Below, piece by piece: positions 19,689 through 30,301 of a stretch of DNA of 64,000 bases. Position 1 is the first letter of the stretch; each line of letters begins with the position of its first letter. This DNA comes from an uncultured Candidatus Micrarchaeota archaeon (GTDB taxonomy: Archaea; Micrarchaeota; Micrarchaeia; Micrarchaeales; Micrarchaeaceae). The notes under the pieces are model-generated. The model made no database searches. It was given only the letters and a program-made list of their open reading frames with translations, and was not told the DNA's origin. Location of the stretch: the NCBI GenBank assembly GCA_963741095.1, contig CAVUGN010000009.1, forward strand, positions 1 through 64,000, written 5' to 3'. The translations under genes and the position numbers were made by a program.

Positions 19689-20159
19689 ATGCCCGTAAGA
19701 GCCCTAGTAGTGTACGACACGAAGTACGGCAACACCGAGGAGATTGCGGAAGCGATCGGCGACGCAATACTCGGGAAGGTCTTCAGGGTCGACGACACAA
19801 AGCACCTCGACCTGAGCAAGTTCGACCTCATAATAATCGGCTCACCAACCTGGGGCGGCAGGCCAACTGGGGCCATCAACGAATTTTTGGGCAGGATTCC
19901 CGAAGACGTTCTCAAGAAGAGCCTCATGGCGGCATTCGATACCAGAATACTCGGCGAGGACAACAGCTTTTTTTCAAGGTTTCTGATAAGGATAATCGGC
20001 TATGCCTCCTACCGAATTGCCAACCGTCTGCAAAAGATGGGCTGCCGCATGGCGAGCGCCCCTGAAGGATTCATCGTAACTGGGTACAAGGGACCCCTAA
20101 AGGCAGGCGAGCTTGCACGGGCCTCCAAATGGGCCAAGTCTCTGGTCAAAGCCGATTAA
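19689..20159 (+). CDS. Flavodoxin family protein
   Basis: YDTKYGNTEEIAE, GSPTW and AAFDTR motifs. Confidence 0.92.
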   Translation: MPVRALVVYDTKYGNTEEIAEAIGDAILGKVFRVDDTKHLDLSKFDLIIIGSPTWGGRPTGAINEFLGRIPEDVLKKSLMAAFDTRILGEDNSFFSRFLIRIIGYASYRIANRLQKMGCRMASAPEGFIVTGYKGPLKAGELARASKWAKSLVKAD

Positions 20160-20206
20160 TCGGGGCCAGAACAATCTTTAAATATCTCGGATTTCAAGAG
20201 AGTACC

Positions 20207-20752
20207 ATGGCGTACAAGAGCATAGTGCTTTCAGGCAATCCGGGTGCCGGAAAATCAGCACTAGCGACGGCGCTCTCGCAAAAATACGACTGGCCCAGGC
20301 ATTCTATCGGCAGCCTGTGGAGAGAAGATTACGAGCAGAAGCACCCCAAAAGAGAGATAACCTTCACGGAATACTGGAGCAAGACCAGCATGGAAGACAA
20401 CAGGAAGGTCAACGAGCAGGCAAAGACCATCTTCGAGAGGGGCAACGTGATCGGGGAGCTAAGGTACACCAAGAATCTCGATCCTTCATTATGTCTTCTG
20501 GTGTTCGTCACCGCAGACCTGAAGACGAGGGCTGCGCGCTCGGCAAACAGGATAGAGCACAGGAACATGTCCTTGCAGGAGATAGCCAAGGCGCTGCAGG
20601 CTCGCGAGGAGGAAGAGCTGTCGATGGCGCGCGAACTCTACGGCAAGGATTACGACTATCGCGACCCTAAAAATTACCATCTGGTCCTGGACTCGGGCAA
20701 AATGTCCATAGCGGAAGAGGTCAGCGCCATAAACGCCCTGATGAGGAAGTGA
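20207..20752 (+). CDS. cmk: Cytidylate kinase-like NMP kinase (archaeal type)
   Basis: SGNPGAGKS P-loop, R..R lid, YG.DY and LVLDS motifs. Confidence 0.75.
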   Translation: MAYKSIVLSGNPGAGKSALATALSQKYDWPRHSIGSLWREDYEQKHPKREITFTEYWSKTSMEDNRKVNEQAKTIFERGNVIGELRYTKNLDPSLCLLVFVTADLKTRAARSANRIEHRNMSLQEIAKALQAREEEELSMARELYGKDYDYRDPKNYHLVLDSGKMSIAEEVSAINALMRK

Positions 20753-21270
20753 TCTGTTCTTCCGATGATGCGATGATTGAACAGCTGTTCAAGATAAAAG
20801 CCGGGAGCTTTATTGTAAAAGAGGCCAGTTCAGGCGACATTACCGAACTGCTCAATCGTGTCGACAAAGCGAACAATACGAAAGGCGACGTCGTTCAGGC
20901 CTTCAATTACGGCAACGTCATAGACAAGATGCACCTTTTCGCCGCATACACCAACGCACTGCTGTCCTTCAACAGCCATTCCAACAAGGCAAAGACCCTG
21001 TCTATGGAAATGCTGCTCTTCGCCGCGATGACCGACCAGATCGGAGCAGCCATCAAGAACATGGGCGCAAAAGAGGGCTCAAAAATCGTGGTCTTTGCAA
21101 ATGGCAAAAGGGGCTTCAACCTCGTAAAGGAAGCGCTGGAAGATATCAAAGACTTCAGGCCAAGCGCGCAGCACACGCGAAAAGCTCTGGCGGGATTCGG
21201 AATAAAAGCCGCGAAGGATGCAGATAAGCAGTTACTGCAAAAGATGGCGATGTCAAGGCTGAAGCCGTAA
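20749..21270 (+). CDS. cgi121: KEOPS complex subunit Cgi121
   Basis: H...A, N.AKTLSMEMLLFAA.TDQI..AI..G motif. Confidence 0.85.
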   Translation: MICSSDDAMIEQLFKIKAGSFIVKEASSGDITELLNRVDKANNTKGDVVQAFNYGNVIDKMHLFAAYTNALLSFNSHSNKAKTLSMEMLLFAAMTDQIGAAIKNMGAKEGSKIVVFANGKRGFNLVKEALEDIKDFRPSAQHTRKALAGFGIKAAKDADKQLLQKMAMSRLKP

Positions 21271-21308
21271 CTCCTTCAAAAACCAATTTTCTGCGTTTCG
21301 GGCATTTA

Positions 21309-21334
21309 TCAACATTTTATTGACATATCCAATA
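21309..21334. promoter_or_regulatory. Candidate operator upstream of the dnaK operon
   Basis: Overlapping dyads TCAA-N7-TTGA (21309-21323) and TATTG-N7-CAATA (21318-21334). Confidence 0.4.
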
Positions 21335-21387
21335 ATATATGCTCCAAAAGGAAGATTATTTAAACATAATGCTTCATAACTATAACG

Positions 21388-21801
21388 ATGGAGCACATAG
21401 TCATAAGAGTTCTCGAGAAGCCGGACTTCAACGATCCCGAGAAGCTCATCAAATGGTTCGTCAGCGTCCTTGGCCTCTCCGGTGAAGGGGAAATCGACAG
21501 CATAGGCGAGCAGATACTCAGCGAGTTTGCAAAGGCGGCATACCTGGACAAGGGGCTCTCAAGCTCGGAACTAAAGCTGGACACGAGTCTGGCAAGGAGC
21601 ACGGTCATCTATCATCTCAACAGGTTCATCGACTCGGGACTGCTGGTGAAGAAGGGCAGGAAGTACTACCTCAGGGCAAGCGAGATGTCGAAGGCCATAG
21701 AGGAGATAGAATACGACATAGACCGGGAGCTGAGCAGGATGCTAGATACGGCAAAGCAGTTCGACAAGCTCATGTCGATCCAGATGAAGAAAAAGAAGTG
21801 A
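21388..21801 (+). CDS. Winged-helix transcriptional regulator heading the grpE-dnaK-dnaJ operon
   Basis: LSSSEL...LARSTVIYHLNRFIDSGLL (ArsR-like wHTH); its stop overlaps the grpE start. Confidence 0.8.
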   Translation: MEHIVIRVLEKPDFNDPEKLIKWFVSVLGLSGEGEIDSIGEQILSEFAKAAYLDKGLSSSELKLDTSLARSTVIYHLNRFIDSGLLVKKGRKYYLRASEMSKAIEEIEYDIDRELSRMLDTAKQFDKLMSIQMKKKK

Positions 21802-22367
21802 ATCGCGTGTCTGACGATAAACAGGAAAACAACAAGCAGGAGAAGGTCGCTCCGAAGGACAGCGACAAGCAGCAGAAGGACGAAGCAAAGCAGCAGCCTG
21901 TCCCGCAGGAAAACAAGGATAAGGATCTGAAGGAACAAGTACTCCGGCTTGCTGCAGAATTCGACAATTACAAGAAGAGGACAAAGAACGACGTCGATAA
22001 CGCAAAGATGGTCGGCAAGGCAGAGCTCATGAAGAGCCTCTTGTCGATATTGGACGAGTTCGAGCTTGCCCTGATAGTGGTTAACAAGACCCCGGACAAG
22101 ATTGTTGCGAGGGGTGTAGAGATGCTCTACTCGAACTTCACAGACCTGTTGAAAAAGGAGGGGCTTGAAGAGGTGGCCTGCAAGGGCGTGTTCGACCCGT
22201 ACAGGCACGAGATAATGATGACTAGGGAGAGCAAGGACAAGGACGGCACCATACTCGAGGTGGTCAAAAAGGGCTACCTATTCGACAAGGTGCTGCTCAG
22301 GCCCGCTTCGGTGATCGTAGCAAAGGCTCCAACCCCCGCGGAACCACCGGAAACAGACAAAAATTAA
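21798..22367 (+). CDS. grpE: Nucleotide exchange factor GrpE
   Basis: AEFDNYKKR, FDPYRHE, KGY and LRPASV motifs. Confidence 0.95.
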   Translation: MNRVSDDKQENNKQEKVAPKDSDKQQKDEAKQQPVPQENKDKDLKEQVLRLAAEFDNYKKRTKNDVDNAKMVGKAELMKSLLSILDEFELALIVVNKTPDKIVARGVEMLYSNFTDLLKKEGLEEVACKGVFDPYRHEIMMTRESKDKDGTILEVVKKGYLFDKVLLRPASVIVAKAPTPAEPPETDKN

Positions 22368-22388
22368 TGCTAAACACAAAGTGATAAC

Positions 22389-24239
22389 ATGAAAATAATA
22401 GGAATAGATCTTGGAACATCCAATTCAGCAGCTGCAGTCCTGGAAGGGGGAAGGCCGGTGATAATACCCAGCACAGAAGGCATATCGCTCTACGGCAAGG
22501 CCTTCCCGAGCTATGTGGCGTTCACGAAGGACGGGCAGAAGCTCGTCGGCGAGCCCGCAAGGCGCCAGGCCGTGGCGAACCCGGAGGGTACTGTAACCGC
22601 CTTCAAGAGGAAGATGGGAACTGGCTACACCTACAAGATATTCGGCAAGGATTACAAGCCACAAGAATTGTCAGCGATACTGCTGCAGAAGATAAAGCAC
22701 GATGCGGAGGCCTTCCTGGGCGAAGAGGTGAAGAAGGCGGTCATAACCGTGCCGGCATACTTCAACGACAACCAGAGGCAGGCAACCAAGGATGCAGGTG
22801 AAATAGCCGGCCTGGAAGTCGTGAGGCTGGTCAACGAGCCGACAGCGGCAAGCCTTGCCTACGGCGTAGACAAAGCCGGAAAGGAGATGAAGATACTCGT
22901 CTACGACCTCGGCGGAGGAACACTCGACGTAACAATAATGGAATTCGGCAAGGGCGTCTTCGAAGTTAAGTCAACTAGCGGAGACACGCAACTCGGAGGA
23001 ACCGATATGGACAACACCATAGTAGATTTCCTTGTCGGAGAGGTGAAGAACACCCTGAACGCCGATGTGACAAAGAGCCCGCAGGCCATGCAGAGGCTCA
23101 GGGAGGCTGGAGAGAGGGCGAAGATAGAGCTTTCGACAACCCTATCAACGGAGATAAATCTGCCGTTCCTTTCACAGGACAGCAAGGGCAGCCCGATAAA
23201 CTTCACCTACACCTTCACAAGGGCGAAGCTGGAGAGCCTGGTGCTGAAGACGATAGAAAGGTCTGCCAAGCCGGTCATGCAGGCGCTAAAGGATGCAAAG
23301 ATGGAGCCTAGCGGCCTTGACAAGATAGTGCTTGTCGGAGGGCCTACGCGCATGCCTATAGTGCAGCGCTACGTGGAGCAATTACTGGGCAAGAAGGCCG
23401 AAAGGGGTGTAGACCCCATGGAATGCGTTGCTCTGGGGGCTGCAATACAGGCAGGAGTGCTGACCGGAGAGGTCAAGGACATAGTACTCCTGGACGTGAC
23501 GCCGTTGTCGCTAAGCATAGAGACGATGGGCGGCATAGCAACAAGACTGATTGAAAGGAATACGACAATACCAACAAAGAAGTCGCAGATCTTCACAACT
23601 GCGGAAGACAGCCAGACAAGCGTCGACATCCACATCCTGCAGGGAGAGAGGACCATGGCAAAGGACAACGTCGACCTCGGCAAGTTTACTCTCACTGGAA
23701 TACCTCCATCAAGGAGGGGGCAGCCGCAGATCGAGGTGACGTTCGACATAGACTCTAACGGAATACTCCACGTCATGGCAAAGGATACCAAGACTGGAAA
23801 GTCACAGGGCATGGACATAATCGCGCCGAACAAGATGAACAAGGACGACATAGAGCGGAAGATGGAAGACGCGAAGAAGTACGAGGAAGACGACAAGAAG
23901 CTGAGAGAACAGATCGAAACGAAGAACGCCGCCGAATCCATGATCTATACGGCAGAAGGCACACTTGACGAATACAAGGACAAGGTGCCGAAGGATGTCG
24001 TCGACAAGATAAACGAGGCTAAGACCGCGCTCCAGGATGTGCTCAAAGGCGAGGATTACAACGCGATAAAGGAAAAGAGCGAATACCTGAAGAAGGCCTT
24101 GGAAGAGATAGGTGCCAGCATATACAAGGGCGGCACCACCAGCGCCGGACCGGAAGCTGGCAACTCGCAGGGCCCGGACGAAGGGGCAGGGCCGACTGAC
24201 GGCAATGCAACGGATGCTGACTTCAAGGTCGAGAAATAA
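22389..24239 (+). CDS. dnaK: Chaperone DnaK (Hsp70)
   Basis: [21 protein letters not shown] and LLDVTPLSL motifs. Confidence 0.98.
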   Translation: MKIIGIDLGTSNSAAAVLEGGRPVIIPSTEGISLYGKAFPSYVAFTKDGQKLVGEPARRQAVANPEGTVTAFKRKMGTGYTYKIFGKDYKPQELSAILLQKIKHDAEAFLGEEVKKAVITVPAYFNDNQRQATKDAGEIAGLEVVRLVNEPTAASLAYGVDKAGKEMKILVYDLGGGTLDVTIMEFGKGVFEVKSTSGDTQLGGTDMDNTIVDFLVGEVKNTLNADVTKSPQAMQRLREAGERAKIELSTTLSTEINLPFLSQDSKGSPINFTYTFTRAKLESLVLKTIERSAKPVMQALKDAKMEPSGLDKIVLVGGPTRMPIVQRYVEQLLGKKAERGVDPMECVALGAAIQAGVLTGEVKDIVLLDVTPLSLSIETMGGIATRLIERNTTIPTKKSQIFTTAEDSQTSVDIHILQGERTMAKDNVDLGKFTLTGIPPSRRGQPQIEVTFDIDSNGILHVMAKDTKTGKSQGMDIIAPNKMNKDDIERKMEDAKKYEEDDKKLREQIETKNAAESMIYTAEGTLDEYKDKVPKDVVDKINEAKTALQDVLKGEDYNAIKEKSEYLKKALEEIGASIYKGGTTSAGPEAGNSQGPDEGAGPTDGNATDADFKVEK

Positions 24240-24247
24240 ACGATAAC

Positions 24248-25363
24248 ATGCCGGAAGACTACTACAAAGTACTCGGTGTCAGCAAGAACGCCAGCGAAGC
24301 CGATATAAAGAATGCATACCGCGCTCTTGCGCTCAAACTGCACCCTGACGTTAACAAGAGCAAAGAAGCGGAGGAAAAGTTCAAAAAAATCAACGAGGCA
24401 TATGCGGTTCTTGGCGATCCGGAGAAGCGCCAGCAGTACGATTCCTACGGACCTGACGTATTCAACCAGCGGTACACCCAAGAGGACATATTCCGCGGAG
24501 CAAATTTCACCGATTTCGACGACCTCTTCAAGAGCATGGGTATCAACTTCGGGTCAAACAATGATATATTCGGCCAGATGTTCGGCTTCACGCCGCAAAG
24601 GAGCGCAGACGTCGGGAATGACATCCTTGCAAGAGTGAACGTAACTCTCCAGGATGCTGCACACGGCGCGACAAAAACACTAGGAGTAAGGCATGTCAAG
24701 GTCTGCGACAGGTGCGGCGGCCAGGGCTACGAACCTGGGACTAAAGTAATAAGATGCGATAAGTGCAACGGCAATGGCCAGGTAAAAGAGACCAGAAGGA
24801 CACCTTTCGGGGTCATGCAGACCATAGGCACCTGTCCGAAGTGTGGCGGAACCGGCAAGAGCTTCGAAACGGCATGCAAAACCTGCAGAGGCAGGGGTGC
24901 AGTGCAGGCCGAGGATAAAGTTAATGTAACCATACCAAAAGGCGTCAATACCGGCATGCGTCTAAGGCTAGCGGGAATGGGCGACTACGGCAAGGACAGG
25001 CGCGGCGACCTCTACATGGACATAAACGTCCAAACAGACAGAAGATTCACAAGAGATGATGATGACATTCATGCAGACCTTCACATACCATTGCAAACCG
25101 CGCTGCTCGGCGGCAAGGTCAGCGCACCGACCATAGACGGGGAGAAGAACGTAGACATTGCCGAAGGCACGCAGAACAACAGCAAGGTCGTTCTGAAGGA
25201 CCAAGGAGTGCCCCACTTCAATAGGAGCGGCTCAGGAGACGAGATACTCAACATAATAGTCGATCTGCCAAAACACCTGAGCAAGGAACAGAAAGAGCTT
25301 GTGAAGAAGTTCTCAGACCCGGATGGCTATGTCGGTGGGAAAGGAAAGTTCTGGGCATTCTGA
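24248..25363 (+). CDS. dnaJ: Chaperone DnaJ
   Basis: J domain HPD and four CxxCxGxG repeats. Confidence 0.97.
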   Translation: MPEDYYKVLGVSKNASEADIKNAYRALALKLHPDVNKSKEAEEKFKKINEAYAVLGDPEKRQQYDSYGPDVFNQRYTQEDIFRGANFTDFDDLFKSMGINFGSNNDIFGQMFGFTPQRSADVGNDILARVNVTLQDAAHGATKTLGVRHVKVCDRCGGQGYEPGTKVIRCDKCNGNGQVKETRRTPFGVMQTIGTCPKCGGTGKSFETACKTCRGRGAVQAEDKVNVTIPKGVNTGMRLRLAGMGDYGKDRRGDLYMDINVQTDRRFTRDDDDIHADLHIPLQTALLGGKVSAPTIDGEKNVDIAEGTQNNSKVVLKDQGVPHFNRSGSGDEILNIIVDLPKHLSKEQKELVKKFSDPDGYVGGKGKFWAF

Positions 25364-26587
25364 TCCCACAATCCGATAGGTTTGGCTTCCTGTTTCTTTA
25401 TCACAAGTCACTACAAATTGTTTAACTGCATTTTCGCGATAATACAAGCCTAGTTTTTTCATGCGAGTGCCGACTGCAGTTGCGCTTATCTCATAAGCCC
25501 TTTTCTCGTTTATCTTTCTTGTGATTGCGCTAATCGGTCCATTCGGCAATTCCTTCAAAACTTCTATCACCTCGTCATCCTTCAATTTACAGTAGCCATC
25601 GGGTGTAGAATACTGCAGCTTACCCAACTTTTTCACGCGCGTGCACAATGCCGAAGTCCCGATTCTTTTATCTGGAGGCAGCCGCCTTCTGATATCCGAC
25701 ACCGATCCACCCCCCTCACAGGCCTTTAGTATCTCCTCGTCCGTCACTTTCGGAGGACGACCCCAAGGCACCTTCAAACCTAATTTGTCAAGACGGTACG
25801 ATAAAGTTGAACATTTGATAACATTGTCAAGCCTCTTTGCAATGTCCGACCGCGAACCGCCATTGCCATGCGCCGCTCTTATCTCCGCGTCAGTCACCAC
25901 AAGATAGGAATTGATCGGTACGTTTGGCTCCGATTGCAACTTTTTGATACGCTTTGAGACACCAGCTTCTGTGAGCGGTTTACTAAGCCTTCTCCCAATC
26001 TCCGCGTTCGACCCGCCCTCGTTATACGCGGCCAAGAACTCTTCGTCTGTCACTTTGATTATTCCGCCGCCTTTAAGATGCGATTTCAGGTCCAACTGCA
26101 TCAAGCGTTCCCTCACGGACGATGCTCCGAGAGGTGTCTTCAACCGTTTTCCAATCTCCGCGTTCGACCCGCCTTGGTGATAAGCTTCTATAATCTCTGC
26201 GTCCGTCACACTGGAATTCCCGCCTCTGTGCAAATGCGACTCGAGTCCCAATCTTTGCATGCGCCTCGATATCGTCGCCTTGGTTATTGCATTGTCCAAT
26301 CTTTTTGCAATATCCTCTAGTGAACCCCCCATACTGTGCGCTTCTATCAAAGCGGCATTTGTCACTTTCGCGCGAGGATTTTCACGAAATTTCGAAGTTG
26401 GATTATCCGATGCACAAGGCTTTTGCAGCCCGATTGCATTCAAGTCTCCCCATCCCTCCCTGAGCAAATCAGAGATGGAGCTGCCATCACGGCCGCATAC
26501 TTTTAGCTGCCGGTCTGGGCTAACCACGACATTCTGCTGTTGCCCATCGCTCGCCCTTTGCGAGTCTTTCGTCTGTACTACCATCAT
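25313..26587 (-). CDS. Hypothetical protein with six tandem ~52-aa HTH-like repeats
   Basis: Repeated pattern VTD.EI..A...GGS..EI.KRL.......V..R...L.L, with a GRPPK linker. Confidence 0.75.
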   Translation of the reverse strand: MMVVQTKDSQRASDGQQQNVVVSPDRQLKVCGRDGSSISDLLREGWGDLNAIGLQKPCASDNPTSKFRENPRAKVTNAALIEAHSMGGSLEDIAKRLDNAITKATISRRMQRLGLESHLHRGGNSSVTDAEIIEAYHQGGSNAEIGKRLKTPLGASSVRERLMQLDLKSHLKGGGIIKVTDEEFLAAYNEGGSNAEIGRRLSKPLTEAGVSKRIKKLQSEPNVPINSYLVVTDAEIRAAHGNGGSRSDIAKRLDNVIKCSTLSYRLDKLGLKVPWGRPPKVTDEEILKACEGGGSVSDIRRRLPPDKRIGTSALCTRVKKLGKLQYSTPDGYCKLKDDEVIEVLKELPNGPISAITRKINEKRAYEISATAVGTRMKKLGLYYRENAVKQFVVTCDKETGSQTYRIVGSECPELSFPTDIAIRV

Positions 26588-26673
26588 AGGACTTCCGCTC
26601 TACGAGATACTTAAACCTTTTGGCGGTTCCGCTATTGCCTGCGAATCAAAGAAAAATTAGACTGGATCTGTGA

Positions 26674-28638
26674 CTACTTCAGTCTTATCGAGTCCAGGTT
26701 CATCGGCGCCCTTGCATCGCAGTGCAGAGCCCTTCCCAACGCCCTTGCGAGGTCTTCGCACTTCGATTCCTCTCCGTGCATCGTGAACACCGTTCTCGGC
26801 CTCGGCCGCATGTTCTCCGCGAAGCTCATCAACTGACGCCTGTCGCTGTGGCCGGAGAATCCTTCCACAGTCTGAACGTTCATGTTGACCTTTATCGGCA
26901 CCAGCTTGCCGTTCTCGTCCGGCAGTGGCACCTCCTTGAGGCCGTTCTGTATCCTTCTGCCCAATGAGCTTGCACTGTTGTAGCCTACGAATATCATCGT
27001 GTTGTTCGGGTTCTCCGCAAGCATCTTGAAGTACTCTATGCTTGCGCCTCCGTTCATCATCGCGCCGCTCGCAAGTATTATCGCAGGGCCCTTTTCCATT
27101 ATGCTCTGCCTCTCTCCCTTTATCACTTCGAAGATCTCGCTCTCGAATGGGGATCTGTTGTTGAGTATCCTGTTCTTCAGGCTGTCCTTAAGGTATTCTG
27201 GATAAGCGGTGTGTATTGCGCTTGCCTCAAGTATCATGCCATCCAGGTAGACCGGCACACCCAGCTTGTACTGGTCCTGTGTGGTCATGTAGTTCTCAAG
27301 CACCATCTGCAGCTCCTGGCTTCTTCCAACGGAGAAGACCGGAATAAGGACCTTGCCGTTGTTGTTGATTGTGCGCTTTATCACCTCCATGAGGTCGCGC
27401 TCCGCATCGTTCCTGTTCCTTGTTATGTCGTTTGGTCCTCCGTAAGTGCTCTCTATGAACAGAGCGTCAACTCTCGGGAACCTGACGTTAGCGGGATCGT
27501 AAAGCCTTGTGAAGCCGTATTTCATGTCTCCTGTGTGCACTATGTTGTACATGCCCTCTCCGACGTGCAAATGAACGGTCGCGCTGCCAAGTATGTGCCC
27601 GGCATTGTGATAAGTAAGCTTCAACTCGTCGGTTATGTTCGTTACCTCGCCGTAGTCGCGGGGTACCATGTGCATCAACATCTTCCTTACGTCTTTGTCT
27701 CCGTACAGCGGCGTGCCTCCGCTTCTTTGGACCAGCTTCAGATAATCGTTGAGCAGCAATGCTGCCAGCTCCCTTGTGGGTGGCGTGCAGTAGACCGGTC
27801 CTTCGTAGCCGTACTTGAACAGGTAAGGAACGAAGCCAATGTGGTCCATGTGCGCGTGCGTCAATACGACTGCATCAAGCTCGTTTATCGAAAGGTTGGC
27901 GCTGTCAAGGTACGGGAAGGCCCTGTTCTCCGTTTGCCCTCCTACTTCGAGTTCCTTCACCGAAGGTTCGGGGCTCACGCCGCAGTCTATTATTATCTTG
28001 GAGTTGGGGGTTTCAAGCAGAAGGCTGCTCCTTCCCACCTCCCTATAGCCGCCAAGGGCCGTGGCCTTCAGCCACTCGCTCTTCGGTATGACAGTGTTTA
28101 TCTTGTTCCCTATGTTCATGAGGAACTTCTTCCTGAACTCGGACTCGTTGAACATCAACTGCCGCACGCCGGATATGACCTCGCTATTCATTGTCGGGGT
28201 CCTAAGCACCTTGGGCGTCCAGTTAGTCTGGATCGCTATGCTCTTCAGGGTGGATCCGCCCTTGCCTATGACGAGGCCGGGCTTGAGCGCCTCTATGTAA
28301 ACCTCAGAGAACTCCGGTACGAACCTTATGCCGTTCTCCTTTATGACGGCCTCCTTGGGCACTATCTGCTCTATTATCTCCTTGGCCTTCTCGGGCTGCA
28401 TCAGCAGCGCCGCATCGCTCCTTATCACCAGCTTCTTCTTTATGGCCGAGGCTATGCTCCTTATGATCGTCTCGTTCTCGTAGAGCAAGCGCGTGTTCTT
28501 CATGTACACGACTATGTCCGGACCCTCGAACTCTGCCTTGGTGAAGCCTGCTTCCGCTGGCAGCATCGACTTTATCTTGTCAAAGAGGTCGTCGGAGCGT
28601 CTCTTGCTTTTATACTCCTCATTCTCAATATCTTCCAC
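26674..28638 (-). CDS. fttA: Beta-CASP ribonuclease aCPSF1/FttA (KH + MBL + beta-CASP)
   Basis: KPGLVIGKGG KH, EVGRS, THAHMDH, NAGHILGS and GFSGHSD motifs; adjacent to psmB. Confidence 0.95.
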   Translation of the reverse strand: MEDIENEEYKSKRRSDDLFDKIKSMLPAEAGFTKAEFEGPDIVVYMKNTRLLYENETIIRSIASAIKKKLVIRSDAALLMQPEKAKEIIEQIVPKEAVIKENGIRFVPEFSEVYIEALKPGLVIGKGGSTLKSIAIQTNWTPKVLRTPTMNSEVISGVRQLMFNESEFRKKFLMNIGNKINTVIPKSEWLKATALGGYREVGRSSLLLETPNSKIIIDCGVSPEPSVKELEVGGQTENRAFPYLDSANLSINELDAVVLTHAHMDHIGFVPYLFKYGYEGPVYCTPPTRELAALLLNDYLKLVQRSGGTPLYGDKDVRKMLMHMVPRDYGEVTNITDELKLTYHNAGHILGSATVHLHVGEGMYNIVHTGDMKYGFTRLYDPANVRFPRVDALFIESTYGGPNDITRNRNDAERDLMEVIKRTINNNGKVLIPVFSVGRSQELQMVLENYMTTQDQYKLGVPVYLDGMILEASAIHTAYPEYLKDSLKNRILNNRSPFESEIFEVIKGERQSIMEKGPAIILASGAMMNGGASIEYFKMLAENPNNTMIFVGYNSASSLGRRIQNGLKEVPLPDENGKLVPIKVNMNVQTVEGFSGHSDRRQLMSFAENMRPRPRTVFTMHGEESKCEDLARALGRALHCDARAPMNLDSIRLK

Positions 28639-28673
28639 TATAAAACCTGCAATAAATAAAATACAGACTTGGC

Positions 28674-29315
28674 TTACTTCGTGCTCAGGAACTTCTCCAG
28701 TTCCTTGTCCGAGTACTCGGTGTAGCCGTTCTTCGTTATCGAGGCGATTATCATGCCGTTGCCCGTGGCCGAATCCCTCTTCATTGCTATCGCAAGCGCC
28801 CTGGCGATGCCCCTTATCGCATCCTTGGTGCTCAGGCCCTTCTTGTACATCTCCTCAAGGTATCCCAGCGCGGTCAGTGAGCCGCTTCCGGTGGAGTAGA
28901 ACTTTGTCTCGCTCATGTACCCTCCGATGGGGTCCAGGCTGTAGACCTGTGGTTCATCGTTCTCTCCCAATCCCGCGACTATGAGCTCGACGTAGAAAGG
29001 CATCATCTTGTTCTGCTGAAGTATTATCGAAAGCAAGGAGCTCGCCGACTTGGGCGACATCGACTTGTTCTCGTTCATCTTGTATATCTCGTTCTGCGCC
29101 TTGAGCACCCTTATGAGCTCCTGCGCATCTCCCACTGCACCAGCGATGGTCATGCCAAGGTTGTTGTCTATCTTCCAGACCTTCCTCACTTCCGTGCTCG
29201 CGATGAACGTGCCAGCAGTGGCCCTGGTGTCCGCGCCTATGACAACGCCGTCAGCGCAAACCATGCCCACTGTCGTGGTACCCTTCAAGTATTTGTCTCT
29301 TTCAGTTTGATCCAT
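28674..29315 (-). CDS. psmB: Proteasome beta subunit
   Basis: KG/TTTVG propeptide junction, GSGS and RDSATG motifs. Confidence 0.96.
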   Translation of the reverse strand: MDQTERDKYLKGTTTVGMVCADGVVIGADTRATAGTFIASTEVRKVWKIDNNLGMTIAGAVGDAQELIRVLKAQNEIYKMNENKSMSPKSASSLLSIILQQNKMMPFYVELIVAGLGENDEPQVYSLDPIGGYMSETKFYSTGSGSLTALGYLEEMYKKGLSTKDAIRGIARALAIAMKRDSATGNGMIIASITKNGYTEYSDKELEKFLSTK

Positions 29316-29482
29316 ACTAACACCTAAATAACGCTATTCAGAAGCATCTCCCATCCCATAAACTCTACACACATGCAACAACTGGCAGCCAAGAATTTGC
29401 AGTAAAACAAAACAAATTCAAATATAAAAAGTCAAGATAATATTTGAACATATACCTATAAAAGGCTTACCCAGGCACCGGC

Positions 29483-29734
29483 CTAGGTGAAGTCTATCAG
29501 GCTGCCACTGCCTATGAACTGGTGCTTCAGGTCGTTCAATTCGGCATACGCAAACGTTCGGTAAACCCTGGTTACCTTGACCTTGTATATGTTTCCTATC
29601 CTGGTTTTCGCGTTCTTGACCAGCACGACGAACTTGCCTATCTTCCCTATGCCCTCGCCCCTGGCGCCCTTCGCGTCGACCCTCATGTCGTACACTAGCC
29701 CTTCCTCTATCGCTTCGTCTATTATCCCATCCAT
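29483..29734 (-). CDS. Single TRAM-domain RNA-binding protein
   Basis: G.RGEGIGKI..FVVLV and KV.VTRV...FAYAE motifs. Confidence 0.85.
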   Translation of the reverse strand: MDGIIDEAIEEGLVYDMRVDAKGARGEGIGKIGKFVVLVKNAKTRIGNIYKVKVTRVYRTFAYAELNDLKHQFIGSGSLIDFT

Positions 29735-29883
29735 CCACTCACCCTAAACGTAAACGGGCACTTTCTGTGCTTGCCCAACTTCCACCAATTGTACTGATGG
29801 GCGTTCACTGCTTTTAAAGGTATTCTACAAAACACGAAAAATTAGACGGGTGTCGTACCCGGATGAAAGATTTAAATACTGCC

Positions 29884-30291
29884 TCACTTCTGTCGTCTGC
29901 CGGTCTTGCCCCTTCTAACCCTCATAAGCCGGTTTAACAGCACCACGAGCGCCACAGCCACCACCGCAAGCACCAAGACAGAATCGGTCCTGTACTGGCT
30001 GATGCGATCAAGCTGCTGCTGCGCGCTCCCCATCGCCTGGGCGAGAAGAGACCTGGCATACGCCGGATCGGTGCGCGACACGTTCTCGGCCTTACTAATG
30101 TAACCGTACGCTGCTGTCATGTTAGGGTAGAAGACAACGTAAGCGCTCTGGTTCACCATGTTGACGTAAGCCAGGGTGCTGTTTATGTCCGCTCCAACAC
30201 CTGTCTGCGAGTACGAGTAATTAGCAAAAACAGAAAGTAGGAGAAGCCCGATAGCCAGACATAACAGACAGCTACCGGGCCTTCCCATCAA
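29884..30291 (-). CDS. Hypothetical membrane-anchored protein
   Basis: N-terminal signal peptide, C-terminal TM helix and basic tail. Confidence 0.65.
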   Translation of the reverse strand: MMGRPGSCLLCLAIGLLLLSVFANYSYSQTGVGADINSTLAYVNMVNQSAYVVFYPNMTAAYGYISKAENVSRTDPAYARSLLAQAMGSAQQQLDRISQYRTDSVLVLAVVAVALVVLLNRLMRVRRGKTGRRQK

Positions 30292-30301
30292 ACCACTAGA
30301 T

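Noticed and set aside
27211-28659. 482-aa plus-strand ORF and similar long antisense ORFs (e.g. 35843-37882, 50365-51381)
   Set aside because: Antisense shadows of well-supported genes (aCPSF1, Hel308, pilus ATPase), caused by codon bias.
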